A DNA stretch of 64,000 bases from Thermofilaceae archaeon. Its GTDB lineage: Archaea > Thermoproteota > Thermoprotei > Thermofilales > Thermofilaceae. The notes under the pieces were generated by a model. That model did not search any database and was not told where the DNA came from. It saw only the letters and a list, made by a program, of their open reading frames with translations. A program made the position numbers and the translations under genes. Within the stretch, counting starts at the first letter, position 1. Every line of letters begins with the position of its first letter. The stretch lies in contig JAWCCZ010000003.1 of assembly GCA_038861545.1 (NCBI GenBank), positions 1-64,000 of the forward strand, read 5' to 3'. Below are positions 38,675 to 47,550 of this stretch, in pieces.

Positions 38675-40567
38675 ATGACACATCAACAAAAAAGAGAACG
38701 CATTAGAAAATTCATTAAAATATTAACAAAAGTAAGCATTTCTCTTTACTGGTGTGACGTTTGTAACGTACCTTTGTTAACACGAATTTGTGGAAAGTGT
38801 AATCAAGAAGGTAGAATTGTTTTCTTGACATCGCCTGCAGACGCTAGGCCAGCGTTGGGGGTAGAGCTCTCCGATTTTCGAAAGGCAGTTGAAGCCGAGG
38901 TAGACGGCGAGTATCCCTACCCGTGCCGCAAAGTAGTTCTCTTTAACAAGGTTTCCTATCCAGATGCGGCAGATGAGGTAGTGATTGACGGTTACATTGT
39001 AGGCCACCGCTACTATGATCTTGAAGAAAAGATATGGAGGTTTAAGCCTCTCTACGTAGGCGCCTCTGATATTCTGAGAAAAAAGACGGGCTACTACGCT
39101 ATCGTTAATTTAGCTAAATTAACTAGAAATTACGAGATTCATAAAGATAAAATATTAGAAGCTAGTTTTCCTCCTCAAGGAGAAAAACATTATGTTGTTC
39201 TAGCTACAACTTCAGGATATGAAGGCATCGGCGTAGTTACAGGACCCGGACGAATACGTGTACTTAAAAGCTGGTTGAGAAAAAACTACAGATGGAAGGC
39301 TAGAGACCCCGATTGGCAGGAAGTTGTCGAAGCAAATGAAGCAAGGCTTGTCATTTTAGAGCAAGATGCGGTAGATTTCATTAGAAAGATAAGTGACGAG
39401 ATGGGTTTACCGGCCTTAGTTTCCTTTAGCGGAGGAAAGGACAGCTTAGTAACTTACCATTTAATTGAAAAAGCATTAGGTAAAGTTCCAATACTTTTCA
39501 ACGATACTGGTTTAGAGTTGCCAGAGACCATAGAATACGTCAAGGAATTTGCTAAAAGTCATGGGGTGGAGATTATTTTCGCAAATGCTAACAACGCATT
39601 TTGGCGTGGGCTAGCGGTATTAGGTCCACCCGCCCGCGATTATCGATGGTGCTGCAAGATTTGTAAGTTAGTCCCAACTGCCGGTGCAATAAATAGCTTT
39701 TTTAAGCAAGGAGTACTAAGTTTTGTGGGACAACGAAGGCTAGAATCCGCAGCGCGCGCTGCGAGTCCTCGAGTATATAGAAACAGATGGCTCCCCCAAA
39801 CAGTAGTTGCAGCACCTATTTTAAACTGGAGCGCGCTTGAAGTTTGGCTTTACATATTTAAGGAAAAATTAGAAGTTAACCCTCTATACTCGAATGGATT
39901 CGATAGGCTCGGTTGTTGGCTGTGCCCAGCTGTAGAGCTTGGCGAGGTTGAGTACCTCAAACGCAGTCACCCTGAGCTTTGGAGTATGTGGGAGGAGAAA
40001 CTTAAATCCTATGCAGAGAAACATGGTATCCCTGAAGATTGGTTACGCTTAGCTTTATGGCGTTGGGTACATCCACCTGGGGACATTTCCCGGTTGGCTA
40101 AGAACGTTTTAACACACGTGCTGCGAGCTCGTAGGGTGAAAATATGTTCTAGACCCGATTCCGAATACGTTGCCGTGAAAAATCCCTTGCACCAGGTTGA
40201 CGCTTACATGCTTAGTAACACACTAACCGCACTAGGTGAAGTGCGTATACATGATTTCGCAACATTATTTATCGATGGAATAAAAATTACCATGGTTAAC
40301 AAAGGCGAAGAGTTAGAAGTATATTCCATGGGATTGCTTGGAAGAGAGAGATTAGCTAAATCCGTTATTAGGGCTTCACTATGCGTAGGTTGCGGCTCTT
40401 GTATGCTCTGGTGCACACGTTCCGCAGTAAACATCAGCGGAGGAGTTCTTCATACAGATTTATCACTTTGTAACCATTGCGGCATATGTAACGATGTGTG
40501 CCCTGTTGCCGAGTACACACTCCGAAATCTAAAATTTAACGTTCCTCAAGAGGGGATTGACAAATAG
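38675..40567 (+). CDS. PAPS-reductase-family PP-loop protein with an N-terminal Zn-ribbon/PUA-like region and a C-terminal 2[4Fe-4S] ferredoxin
   Basis: WCDVCNVPL..C..C, SFSGGKDS, RWCCKICK, RLGCWLCP, CVGCGSC..C / CNHCGICNDVCP. Confidence 0.85.
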   Translation: MTHQQKRERIRKFIKILTKVSISLYWCDVCNVPLLTRICGKCNQEGRIVFLTSPADARPALGVELSDFRKAVEAEVDGEYPYPCRKVVLFNKVSYPDAADEVVIDGYIVGHRYYDLEEKIWRFKPLYVGASDILRKKTGYYAIVNLAKLTRNYEIHKDKILEASFPPQGEKHYVVLATTSGYEGIGVVTGPGRIRVLKSWLRKNYRWKARDPDWQEVVEANEARLVILEQDAVDFIRKISDEMGLPALVSFSGGKDSLVTYHLIEKALGKVPILFNDTGLELPETIEYVKEFAKSHGVEIIFANANNAFWRGLAVLGPPARDYRWCCKICKLVPTAGAINSFFKQGVLSFVGQRRLESAARAASPRVYRNRWLPQTVVAAPILNWSALEVWLYIFKEKLEVNPLYSNGFDRLGCWLCPAVELGEVEYLKRSHPELWSMWEEKLKSYAEKHGIPEDWLRLALWRWVHPPGDISRLAKNVLTHVLRARRVKICSRPDSEYVAVKNPLHQVDAYMLSNTLTALGEVRIHDFATLFIDGIKITMVNKGEELEVYSMGLLGRERLAKSVIRASLCVGCGSCMLWCTRSAVNISGGVLHTDLSLCNHCGICNDVCPVAEYTLRNLKFNVPQEGIDK

Positions 40568-40712
40568 GACATTTACCGTATACCTTCTTATGACATGTAG
40601 GACAATATAGGACTTCACATTTTGAACATTTGTATAATTCATCTCCTCTATACAGTTTTTTACCACAGCGGATGCATCTACCTATTACCAACATTTTTGG
40701 AACGTAAGCCAC
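40536..40712 (-). CDS. 58-aa eight-cysteine zinc-finger microprotein (C4C4 RING-like); absent from the ORF track
   Basis: GTG start preceded by GGTGA; (M)AYVPKMLVIGRCIRCGKKLYRGDELYKCSKCEVLYCPTCHKKVYGKCPICQSPLEER*. Confidence 0.85.
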   Translation of the reverse strand: MAYVPKMLVIGRCIRCGKKLYRGDELYKCSKCEVLYCPTCHKKVYGKCPICQSPLEER

Positions 40713-40974
40713 TCAAATCACCAGCGCGCAAGAGGCTTCGCCCCCCATTATAAACATTAGCGCGCTGATATCACGCCTATACTTGACTAGAAATGGAAAA
40801 GTGTTTAAGTTTAAGCGCTTTATACTTATTGATTTTTTTCTCGGCCAGCTTCTTCATAAAATTATTAAACGGCTGTAATAGTTTTCAGCTATGTAGACTA
40901 GATATCCGTCTCTGCATGATATGTGTACACGCAGAAGATAAATACCTGCTTACATATATCAGCAGGAACCGAAT

Positions 40975-41262
40975 ATGCCGAAAAAGCGGAAGAGCAGAGG
41001 GCGGCACAAAGGCGGAAAAGGCAAAGAAGATATAGTACAATGTGACGAATGTGGCGCGCTCATACCTAGATCGAAAGCCGTTAAAATTACCAGGCGGTAT
41101 TCTCCAATAGACCCTCAGCTGGCTAAAGAGTTGAGGAGTAAGGGCTCTATAATTCCAACATACGAGGTAACTAAGTATCTCTGTATAAATTGCGCGATCT
41201 TCCGAGGGATAATAAAGGTAAGGGCTGAAGATGAGCGGAAGAAAAAAACAATATCAGGCTAG
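40975..41262 (+). CDS. rps26e: 30S ribosomal protein S26e
   Basis: MPKKRKSRGRHKG, VQCDECG..IPRSKA, CINCAI...IIKVR. Confidence 0.95.
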   Translation: MPKKRKSRGRHKGGKGKEDIVQCDECGALIPRSKAVKITRRYSPIDPQLAKELRSKGSIIPTYEVTKYLCINCAIFRGIIKVRAEDERKKKTISG

Positions 41263-41274
41263 AATTCCAAGCAA

Positions 41275-41895
41275 ATGGATCTAACACTTAGGTCATCGGA
41301 TATAAAAAGGGTTTTTGCTGTAAAGGCATCGCTCGCTTGCTCTGGTGGAAAAATTAACGCTAAGGCACTAGCCTCACACGGCAGGCTGGATGTAGTAGCT
41401 AGGGCTATACTAGCAGCTCTATCTTTAAGAGCTGGTACTAGGTTAGACACAGTTTTTTATGCTACCCTCGAAGGATTACCTCACCCGCCGATAACTATTG
41501 AAGTTAGAGGTTGGGAACTTAAGCATCCGATAGGAAGTGAAGAAGATATTGGAAATTTACTGTCAAGGCTTTTCTTGGGTCATCACATTGAAGGGGTGGA
41601 TGCTTGGGAGATGAGTTTTAAGGAATTAGTTTCGGAGTTGGTGAATTCGTTTGGGTCAAAACAAGTTATTTACCTACATGAAGCAGGCGAAGATATATCC
41701 AATCTAAGCTTAGAGGGTAAAATAGCAGTATTACTCGGTGATCATAAAGGCATCGATAGGAAAACTGAAACGTGGATTAAGTTCCTGGGAATACGTTGGT
41801 TTAGCCTTAGTCCTCAACCGTACTTTACCGAGCATTGTATTTCTTTTATCAATTATCTGTTAGATGAGGGCATACGTTTACTGAAGCGTTTTTAG
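41275..41895 (+). CDS. trmY: tRNA pseudouridine-54 N1-methyltransferase (SPOUT)
   Basis: GRLDV.AR, YLHEAGEDI, LGDHKG, SL.P..YF..HCI. Confidence 0.85.
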   Translation: MDLTLRSSDIKRVFAVKASLACSGGKINAKALASHGRLDVVARAILAALSLRAGTRLDTVFYATLEGLPHPPITIEVRGWELKHPIGSEEDIGNLLSRLFLGHHIEGVDAWEMSFKELVSELVNSFGSKQVIYLHEAGEDISNLSLEGKIAVLLGDHKGIDRKTETWIKFLGIRWFSLSPQPYFTEHCISFINYLLDEGIRLLKRF

Positions 41896-43472
41896 AACAA
41901 CAACTTCGGTCTGATTTCTATCTCAACACCAAGCCTTCTGGCGGCCCGCTCGATTTTCCTACGAGGTTTCCCTACTACGTAATTATAATATTCTTCGTCG
42001 ACCAGTACAATTACTTTGTTGCCTTCAATAGAAGCTATTTCAATATTACCTTCAGGGAAATATTTTTTCAAGATACCAGCTAAGCGGGTCTTAACAACTT
42101 CTTCTCCGCGAACGGCGCCTCTTCCCTTTATGGGAACTACGAAGGTTCTATCTCCGAAGACATACAATTCATATTCTGGTTCTCCCGACAAGTAATCCTT
42201 GACCACGACTACTGGTCTAGCTAGCTCAGCTTCTCTAAGACCATGTGGGACTTTTACTACAGTCTCTAACTCATAAACCTTCTTTACCTCGCCTTCAGCT
42301 ATAAATATCACCGTGTCAATTATAGAAGGTATCATACCTAACTCAATTCTACCTATAAAACGCTGTATAGCATCTATGGGACTGGTCGCGTGCACAACCC
42401 CGACCATTCCTACACCAGCTAGCCTTAAATCAGAAAAGAGTTCGAAGTCGCTTGTGTTCCTCATTTCATCAAAAAATGTGTAATCTGGCCTGGAGAGCAG
42501 AAGAATATCGTGGAGCTCCTCAGAAGAGGCATAGTTTTTAGAGTACTGAGTTACATCGCTAGGCAATTGCATGTCACGAGGCGATTCTATAGTCTTCACA
42601 ATTTTACCTTTCCTGCGGTAGTATTCTGCTAACGCTTGGGCAAACGTGGTTTTACCCATACCCGGTGCACCGGCAATAAGTATACCCTCTGCCTGTTTTT
42701 CGAGCCGGTGCATAAGTCTGGGAGGAAGACTATAATCCTCTAAGCTGAGCCTTACTAGGGGTCTTACTGCAGTCACCTCCAAACCATCCGATAACGGGGG
42801 TCTAGTAATCACTATCCGGTAGCTGCCAACCTGTAATATTATGGATCCTGGTTTATCGCTTTCGATGAAAGCTGAATGATTACTTTTAGCATACTCTAAA
42901 ATTTCCTCTATAATATTTTCTAATTCCTCTCGGGTCATTAATTCCTCACTCAGTTGCACAAAACGCCATTTACCTGGTTTACCTACTTTAGCACGAGGCT
43001 GAACCCCCTCTTTTAGATGGATAGACATAGTATCATTAGAGAAAAACTGATCTAGCACAAATCCCTCACCTTTAGTTGGTTCGAGATGCAACGTTTGAAT
43101 GCCAGAACTTTTAGCAGCTTCCGCACAAATCTGGTCTGATGTTATTAGAGTGGCGCTAAGCTCCATTGCAAGTTCTCTAATTACTTCATCAGGTGAAAGG
43201 TCCCTTAACCATCTTAGCCCTTCTGGAAGATCTCTGACGTATTCAACACTAATAGAGTCTCTTTTAGCTATTATAAGCTCTCTGATCTGACTTAGTTCCC
43301 TTAATCCTACGAACCCCCTGTGGCTCCCCTCCCGAGCTAATCTCTCAAAATACGAAATAACAAGTGAATGAAGAATTAATCTACCAGTGATACTCCCTTC
43401 TTGCAATGCTTTTCGTAAAGCTCCAGTGGCTATTACGGTAGTATCAGCGATGTAAAGCTCTTCATCAGACAT
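41892..43472 (-). CDS. PINA-family ATPase (PIN + VirB11-like ATPase + KH)
   Basis: PIN DT, GAPGMGKTT, ESPRD, RPDYTFFDEMR, HATSPIDAIQRFIGRIELG. Confidence 0.9.
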   Translation of the reverse strand: MSDEELYIADTTVIATGALRKALQEGSITGRLILHSLVISYFERLAREGSHRGFVGLRELSQIRELIIAKRDSISVEYVRDLPEGLRWLRDLSPDEVIRELAMELSATLITSDQICAEAAKSSGIQTLHLEPTKGEGFVLDQFFSNDTMSIHLKEGVQPRAKVGKPGKWRFVQLSEELMTREELENIIEEILEYAKSNHSAFIESDKPGSIILQVGSYRIVITRPPLSDGLEVTAVRPLVRLSLEDYSLPPRLMHRLEKQAEGILIAGAPGMGKTTFAQALAEYYRRKGKIVKTIESPRDMQLPSDVTQYSKNYASSEELHDILLLSRPDYTFFDEMRNTSDFELFSDLRLAGVGMVGVVHATSPIDAIQRFIGRIELGMIPSIIDTVIFIAEGEVKKVYELETVVKVPHGLREAELARPVVVVKDYLSGEPEYELYVFGDRTFVVPIKGRGAVRGEEVVKTRLAGILKKYFPEGNIEIASIEGNKVIVLVDEEYYNYVVGKPRRKIERAARRLGVEIEIRPKLLF

Positions 43473-43661
43473 TTTAGGACAGACCCTACTGAAATCTTTT
43501 TAAGTTTTCCGATACTTGCGCCTGCCTATTATGCCAAGCATCCAGTATAGCATGCGAAGCTATTTACGCACGTAACACGCACGCGTTACCATCGGCTTAT
43601 TCTCATCATACATTCTTCAAAAGGTGATTCCCCATTATAGGCGAAGCTCCATTCTAATTAT

Positions 43662-44003
43662 ATGGCTAATCATCGATTTAATCCTGATATATATAGGGAC
43701 TATGATGAGCTACAACAAGCGGTTCTTGAGGCCCTTCTCAAACTTATTAAAGCAACAAAGGGCTCGATGCTAACTTTTAATGCGAAAAAGCTAGCTGTTG
43801 TAGCAGGCCTCCCCACGCATCCAGTGGTACTTACCCTAATAAAGGATGTTGTAGAACAGCTGCAGGCTAAAGGTTTTGTTCAAAGAATATCCCAATCCAG
43901 CCACGGCGTTAAATATGCAATCACGCAAGATAGCCCATTATGGGTCATAGCTAAAAGTGGTGGGCAACTATTAATTCTGGAATCATTGGTAAAGGTGCAG
44001 TAG
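43662..44003 (+). CDS. Winged-helix DNA-binding protein (hypothetical)
   Basis: TFNAKKLA...L..L...G...G.KY.I...SPLW wHTH pattern. Confidence 0.65.
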   Translation: MANHRFNPDIYRDYDELQQAVLEALLKLIKATKGSMLTFNAKKLAVVAGLPTHPVVLTLIKDVVEQLQAKGFVQRISQSSHGVKYAITQDSPLWVIAKSGGQLLILESLVKVQ

Positions 44004-44102
44004 GGGATGGAGTTAATGGCTTAAGCGTAAGTTTATGTAAATATCTGCAGCATAAGCTACCACTACAGAAAGGCTAAAAATTACCGCAGAGTTATAATAA
44101 AC

Positions 44103-44480
44103 GTGGATGGGTTGTCCTCGTTTGAAAGAAAATTATTACAAGGGGAGGCTAATACGTGGCTTAAAATCCTCGAGGCTCTAGCTACATCACGGGGTTTCGT
44201 AACGCCCTCTGTTCACGCTATAATTTTTCTTAGAAATATAAAAGAGCTTGATCAGAGAAAATTAGTAAAAATAACAGACGACGTATTCATCGGCGATGGT
44301 GTAATAGTTGTTAAACATACAGAAGTTCCTTCACTACTAGCTCAACGATTAATCATCGGTTACTATTCGCTATGTCTGTTAGCTGAAAATGACCATTTAT
44401 ATATTGATAAGGTCACCGAGCTTGCTAAAACCGACCTTTGGCTTTTTCTAACGCTTCTTTCACAACGGTTTTTTGAATAA
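44103..44480 (+). CDS. Hypothetical protein
   Basis: ORF with its stop overlapping the start of the next gene. Confidence 0.6.
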   Translation: MDGLSSFERKLLQGEANTWLKILEALATSRGFVTPSVHAIIFLRNIKELDQRKLVKITDDVFIGDGVIVVKHTEVPSLLAQRLIIGYYSLCLLAENDHLYIDKVTELAKTDLWLFLTLLSQRFFE

Positions 44481-45526
44481 TGTACACTATGCAAAAAACG
44501 GTTACTAAGTTGCTTTTAACAACAGTGCCAGGCATCGAGGATCTTTTGCTTGAGGAAGTTACCAGATACTTAGCTGGGAAGACGGATATCGAAATGGGAC
44601 GAGTACTTTTTTCTTGTACAAAAGCATTAACTACAAAAGAGCTCAGCTTTTTAATTTCACAATTAGCGCTCGTCGAAAAAGCATATGTAATACTAGTAGA
44701 TACTCTAGTAGATGACTTGAATGACGTTAAGGCCTCCATAGAAGGGATTTTGGATACACTGAAGGAACTATTATATCCCTCAGCGAGCTTTGCGGTTAAA
44801 GCAGAAAGAGTTGGAGAGTTCAACTTTACGTCGATTGACCTAGCAAGAGAGGTGGGTTCTATGATTCAAAACATAATTTTTCATCCACCCGTATCTTTGG
44901 ACGACCCAGACATGCTCTTTTATGCAGAGGTTGTAGAAGGGAAATTCAGATTCGGAATAGACCTTTCTCCCTTTGTGAGCCTGAGAGACAGAGGCTATAG
45001 GGTATACGTGCATCCCTCGACACTGAATCCAATAGTAGCACGTGCACTTTGTAGAATCGCGCGGCTCAGGGATGGAGAATTTCTTCTTGATCCTATGTGT
45101 GGCGGCGGAACAATACTCATAGAGGGCCTGTTAGAAGCACGGGCATTAGGCTTGGGATTAGATATAAGAAAAAACCATATAAATGGGGCTAAACTGAATG
45201 CGCGACGTGCAGGTGTAAATGCGGAGTTCGGGGTCGCGGATATAAGGATGCTCAGTAGTACTCTCAGACAAGTTGTGGACGTAATAGCTACAAACCCACC
45301 TTATGGGATTCGTGAAAAGGCCGTTGGAGGATTAAAGAATGTTTATGAATCGCTTTTCAATGGAGCTCGAGAACTACTCAAAGAAGGGGGTAGGTTAGCG
45401 TTATTAAGTCCATTAAAAAATACAGTCATAAATTTAGCTGAAAAAACGCCCAGCTTAGTACTTATTAGCTGTAGGCAGATCGCTTTAGGTGGACTCAAGT
45501 CTTACATCTTCCTTTACGAGCGTTAA
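44480..45526 (+). CDS. THUMP-domain tRNA guanine-N2 methyltransferase (Trm14-like)
   Basis: TTVPGIED, THUMP, L..RGYR.Y.HP, DPMCGGGTI, NPPYG. Confidence 0.88.
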   Translation: MYTMQKTVTKLLLTTVPGIEDLLLEEVTRYLAGKTDIEMGRVLFSCTKALTTKELSFLISQLALVEKAYVILVDTLVDDLNDVKASIEGILDTLKELLYPSASFAVKAERVGEFNFTSIDLAREVGSMIQNIIFHPPVSLDDPDMLFYAEVVEGKFRFGIDLSPFVSLRDRGYRVYVHPSTLNPIVARALCRIARLRDGEFLLDPMCGGGTILIEGLLEARALGLGLDIRKNHINGAKLNARRAGVNAEFGVADIRMLSSTLRQVVDVIATNPPYGIREKAVGGLKNVYESLFNGARELLKEGGRLALLSPLKNTVINLAEKTPSLVLISCRQIALGGLKSYIFLYER

Positions 45527-46044
45527 TGGAGGGTCCCCGCTCCATGGGAAATTTTTTTAAAAGCTATAAACTGAGAGGGACTGTGGTTAACGCCAAGTAT
45601 ATTCCACCGCGTATCTTCATCGAAGAACTAGCTAGGTACCTCAAAGAGAATGTCAAGGAAGTTCAGCCTCCGGAATGGTCATTATACGCTAAAACTGGAA
45701 ATTATAAGGAACGAGTGCCCGACGATCCAGATTGGTGGTATAAACGATGTGCCTCACTACTACGAAAGCTTTATGTCCATGGCCCAGTGGGCTTGGAACG
45801 GCTAAGAGTTTCATATGGCGGAAGGAAAAATCTTGGACATAAACGCGAGCATTTCTCGAAGGCTGGAGGCTCGGCCATAAGAAAAGCTTTGCAACAACTC
45901 GAGGCCGCAGGTCTTGTCATGAGATTAGAGAAAAAGGGGCGTGTCTTAACACCAAAAGGTAAAGCGCTTCTTGATACTCTGGCGTATAATGTATTTAAAC
46001 AGTTGGCTGCTGAGAAACCAGAGTTGGTAAAGTACATAAGCTAG
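45526..46044 (+). CDS. rps19e: 30S ribosomal protein S19e
   Basis: PPEW...KTG..KER.P, WWY.R.ASLLRKLY, LQQLE.AGLV. The true start is likely a downstream GTG (about 45583). Confidence 0.95.
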   Translation: MEGPRSMGNFFKSYKLRGTVVNAKYIPPRIFIEELARYLKENVKEVQPPEWSLYAKTGNYKERVPDDPDWWYKRCASLLRKLYVHGPVGLERLRVSYGGRKNLGHKREHFSKAGGSAIRKALQQLEAAGLVMRLEKKGRVLTPKGKALLDTLAYNVFKQLAAEKPELVKYIS

Positions 46045-46077
46045 GCTTTCCATAATATCAAATTAGGGGTGTGTAGT

Positions 46078-46431
46078 ATGGAAGAATATGATGAGGAGCT
46101 TGAAGAAATTAAAAAGCGGAAAATGCTCGAGTATCAACGAAGACTAGCTGAAGCTGCTCAGTCTGAGGAGGAACGAAAGTTAGAGGAAGCAAAGAGACAA
46201 GAGTTCTTAAGAAAGATTCTTACTCCAGAAGCTAGGGCAAGGTTAAATAACTTAAAGATGGTTAAACCAGAGCTAGCTGAAGCTATAGAAAACCAATTGA
46301 TCCAACTGGCCTATAGCGGAAGAGTGCCCACACCTGTTACAGATGACTTATTAAAGGAACTATTAAAGAAAATTACCGATGCGCAGAAGGAGCTAAAGTT
46401 AAAATATATTAGAGGAAGTTCGCTGAGGTGA
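46078..46431 (+). CDS. PDCD5/TFAR19 DNA-binding protein
   Basis: DEELEEIKKRKMLE, ILTPEARARL, PELAEAIENQLIQLA; conserved S19e-L39e operon position. Confidence 0.93.
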   Translation: MEEYDEELEEIKKRKMLEYQRRLAEAAQSEEERKLEEAKRQEFLRKILTPEARARLNNLKMVKPELAEAIENQLIQLAYSGRVPTPVTDDLLKELLKKITDAQKELKLKYIRGSSLR

Positions 46432-46437
46432 AAAGCT

Positions 46438-46590
46438 ATGGCTCGCAACAAACCGAGCGCGATGAAGAGGAGACTAGCTAGCGCTATAAAGAGAAATTAT
46501 CAGATCCCCATCTGGGTAATGGTGAAAACCAGACGCCGAGTTGGCAGGAAAATACGGAGGAATTGGAGAAGAAGTAGGATGCAGTTATAG
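46438..46590 (+). CDS. rpl39e: 50S ribosomal protein L39e (absent from the ORF track)
   Basis: MARNKPSAMKRRLASAIKRNYQIPIWVMVKTRRRVGRKIRRNWRRSRMQL*; GAGGTGA SD. Confidence 0.95.
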   Translation: MARNKPSAMKRRLASAIKRNYQIPIWVMVKTRRRVGRKIRRNWRRSRMQL

Positions 46591-46600
46591 GTGAAAGCTA

Positions 46601-46879
46601 ATGAGCGAAATTGAGAGAGTATATGTAATTCCTCTGAAAAATGTCTACAGGGTACCGCTTACCAAAAGGGCTAAGGTAGCTATACGAATAATAAGGGAAT
46701 TTCTAAAACGACATGTTAAAGCTGAAATTATACGCATTTCCCCTGCAGTCAACAACCTTGTATGGTCACGGGGAATAGCCAAGCCTCCAAGGAAGCTGCA
46801 AGTGAAGGTCAAAGTAACCACCGAGGAGGGAGTCAGGGTAGCTGAAGTTGAACCTCTGGAGAGGGCCGGTAGTTCTTGA
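46601..46879 (+). CDS. rpl31e: 50S ribosomal protein L31e
   Basis: ERVYVIPL, KRA..A...I..F..RH, VN..VWSRGI.KPP. Confidence 0.95.
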   Translation: MSEIERVYVIPLKNVYRVPLTKRAKVAIRIIREFLKRHVKAEIIRISPAVNNLVWSRGIAKPPRKLQVKVKVTTEEGVRVAEVEPLERAGSS

Positions 46880-47550
46880 GTGTCGAGATAGTCTACGCCT
46901 TTGGTAACTCTAACATCGGAGTTTACGTATCAGCAAGTGATCGTTTTGCTTTGTTGCCTCCTGAAGCCCCTGAGAAGCTAGAACGTGTGCTTGAAAGAAA
47001 CTTAGGCGTGGAAATTATCAGGGTTACTATCAATAGCTCCCCCCTTCTAGGAGTTTTATGCGTTATGAATAGTCATGGTATCTTGCTCGGACGCTTGGTT
47101 AGAGAAGGTGAAATTAATATATTAAAAGAAAAACTTAAAGATTATTTAAAATTAGAAATATTAGAAGAACTAAAAGAGAATGCAATAGGTAATTTAATTC
47201 TAACAAATGATAGAGGAGCTATTGTGAGTCCGTTAATACCTCATAGTATGCTGAAGAAGATTGCTGATGCACTGGATGTTGAAGTTGTCCAGAAGGACTT
47301 TGGTGGGTCTAACCTAGTGGGAGCTATGGGGGTAGCAACGAACAAAGGAGCTCTTCTATCCCCTTTGATGACCGACGATGAGGTAGAACAAGTATTAGAG
47401 ATACTAAAAGTACTAAAGGGCGGAATCGGTACTGTGAATAAAGGAAGTGTATTTGTAAAAGGAGGAATAGTTGCCAACAGTAAGGGCGCAATAATAGGTT
47501 ACGAGACGACGGGTATAGAAGTCATGAGAATTCATTCATCTCTTTTTTAA
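46876..47550 (+). CDS. eif6: Translation initiation factor 6 (aIF6)
   Basis: GNSNIGVY, NAIGNLILTND.GA, GTVN.GS. Confidence 0.93.
   Translation: MSVEIVYAFGNSNIGVYVSASDRFALLPPEAPEKLERVLERNLGVEIIRVTINSSPLLGVLCVMNSHGILLGRLVREGEINILKEKLKDYLKLEILEELKENAIGNLILTNDRGAIVSPLIPHSMLKKIADALDVEVVQKDFGGSNLVGAMGVATNKGALLSPLMTDDEVEQVLEILKVLKGGIGTVNKGSVFVKGGIVANSKGAIIGYETTGIEVMRIHSSLF

Noticed and set aside
40793-41035. 80-aa ORF upstream of rps26e
   Set aside because: It overlaps the S26e start out of frame and spans a likely divergent promoter region; no motif.
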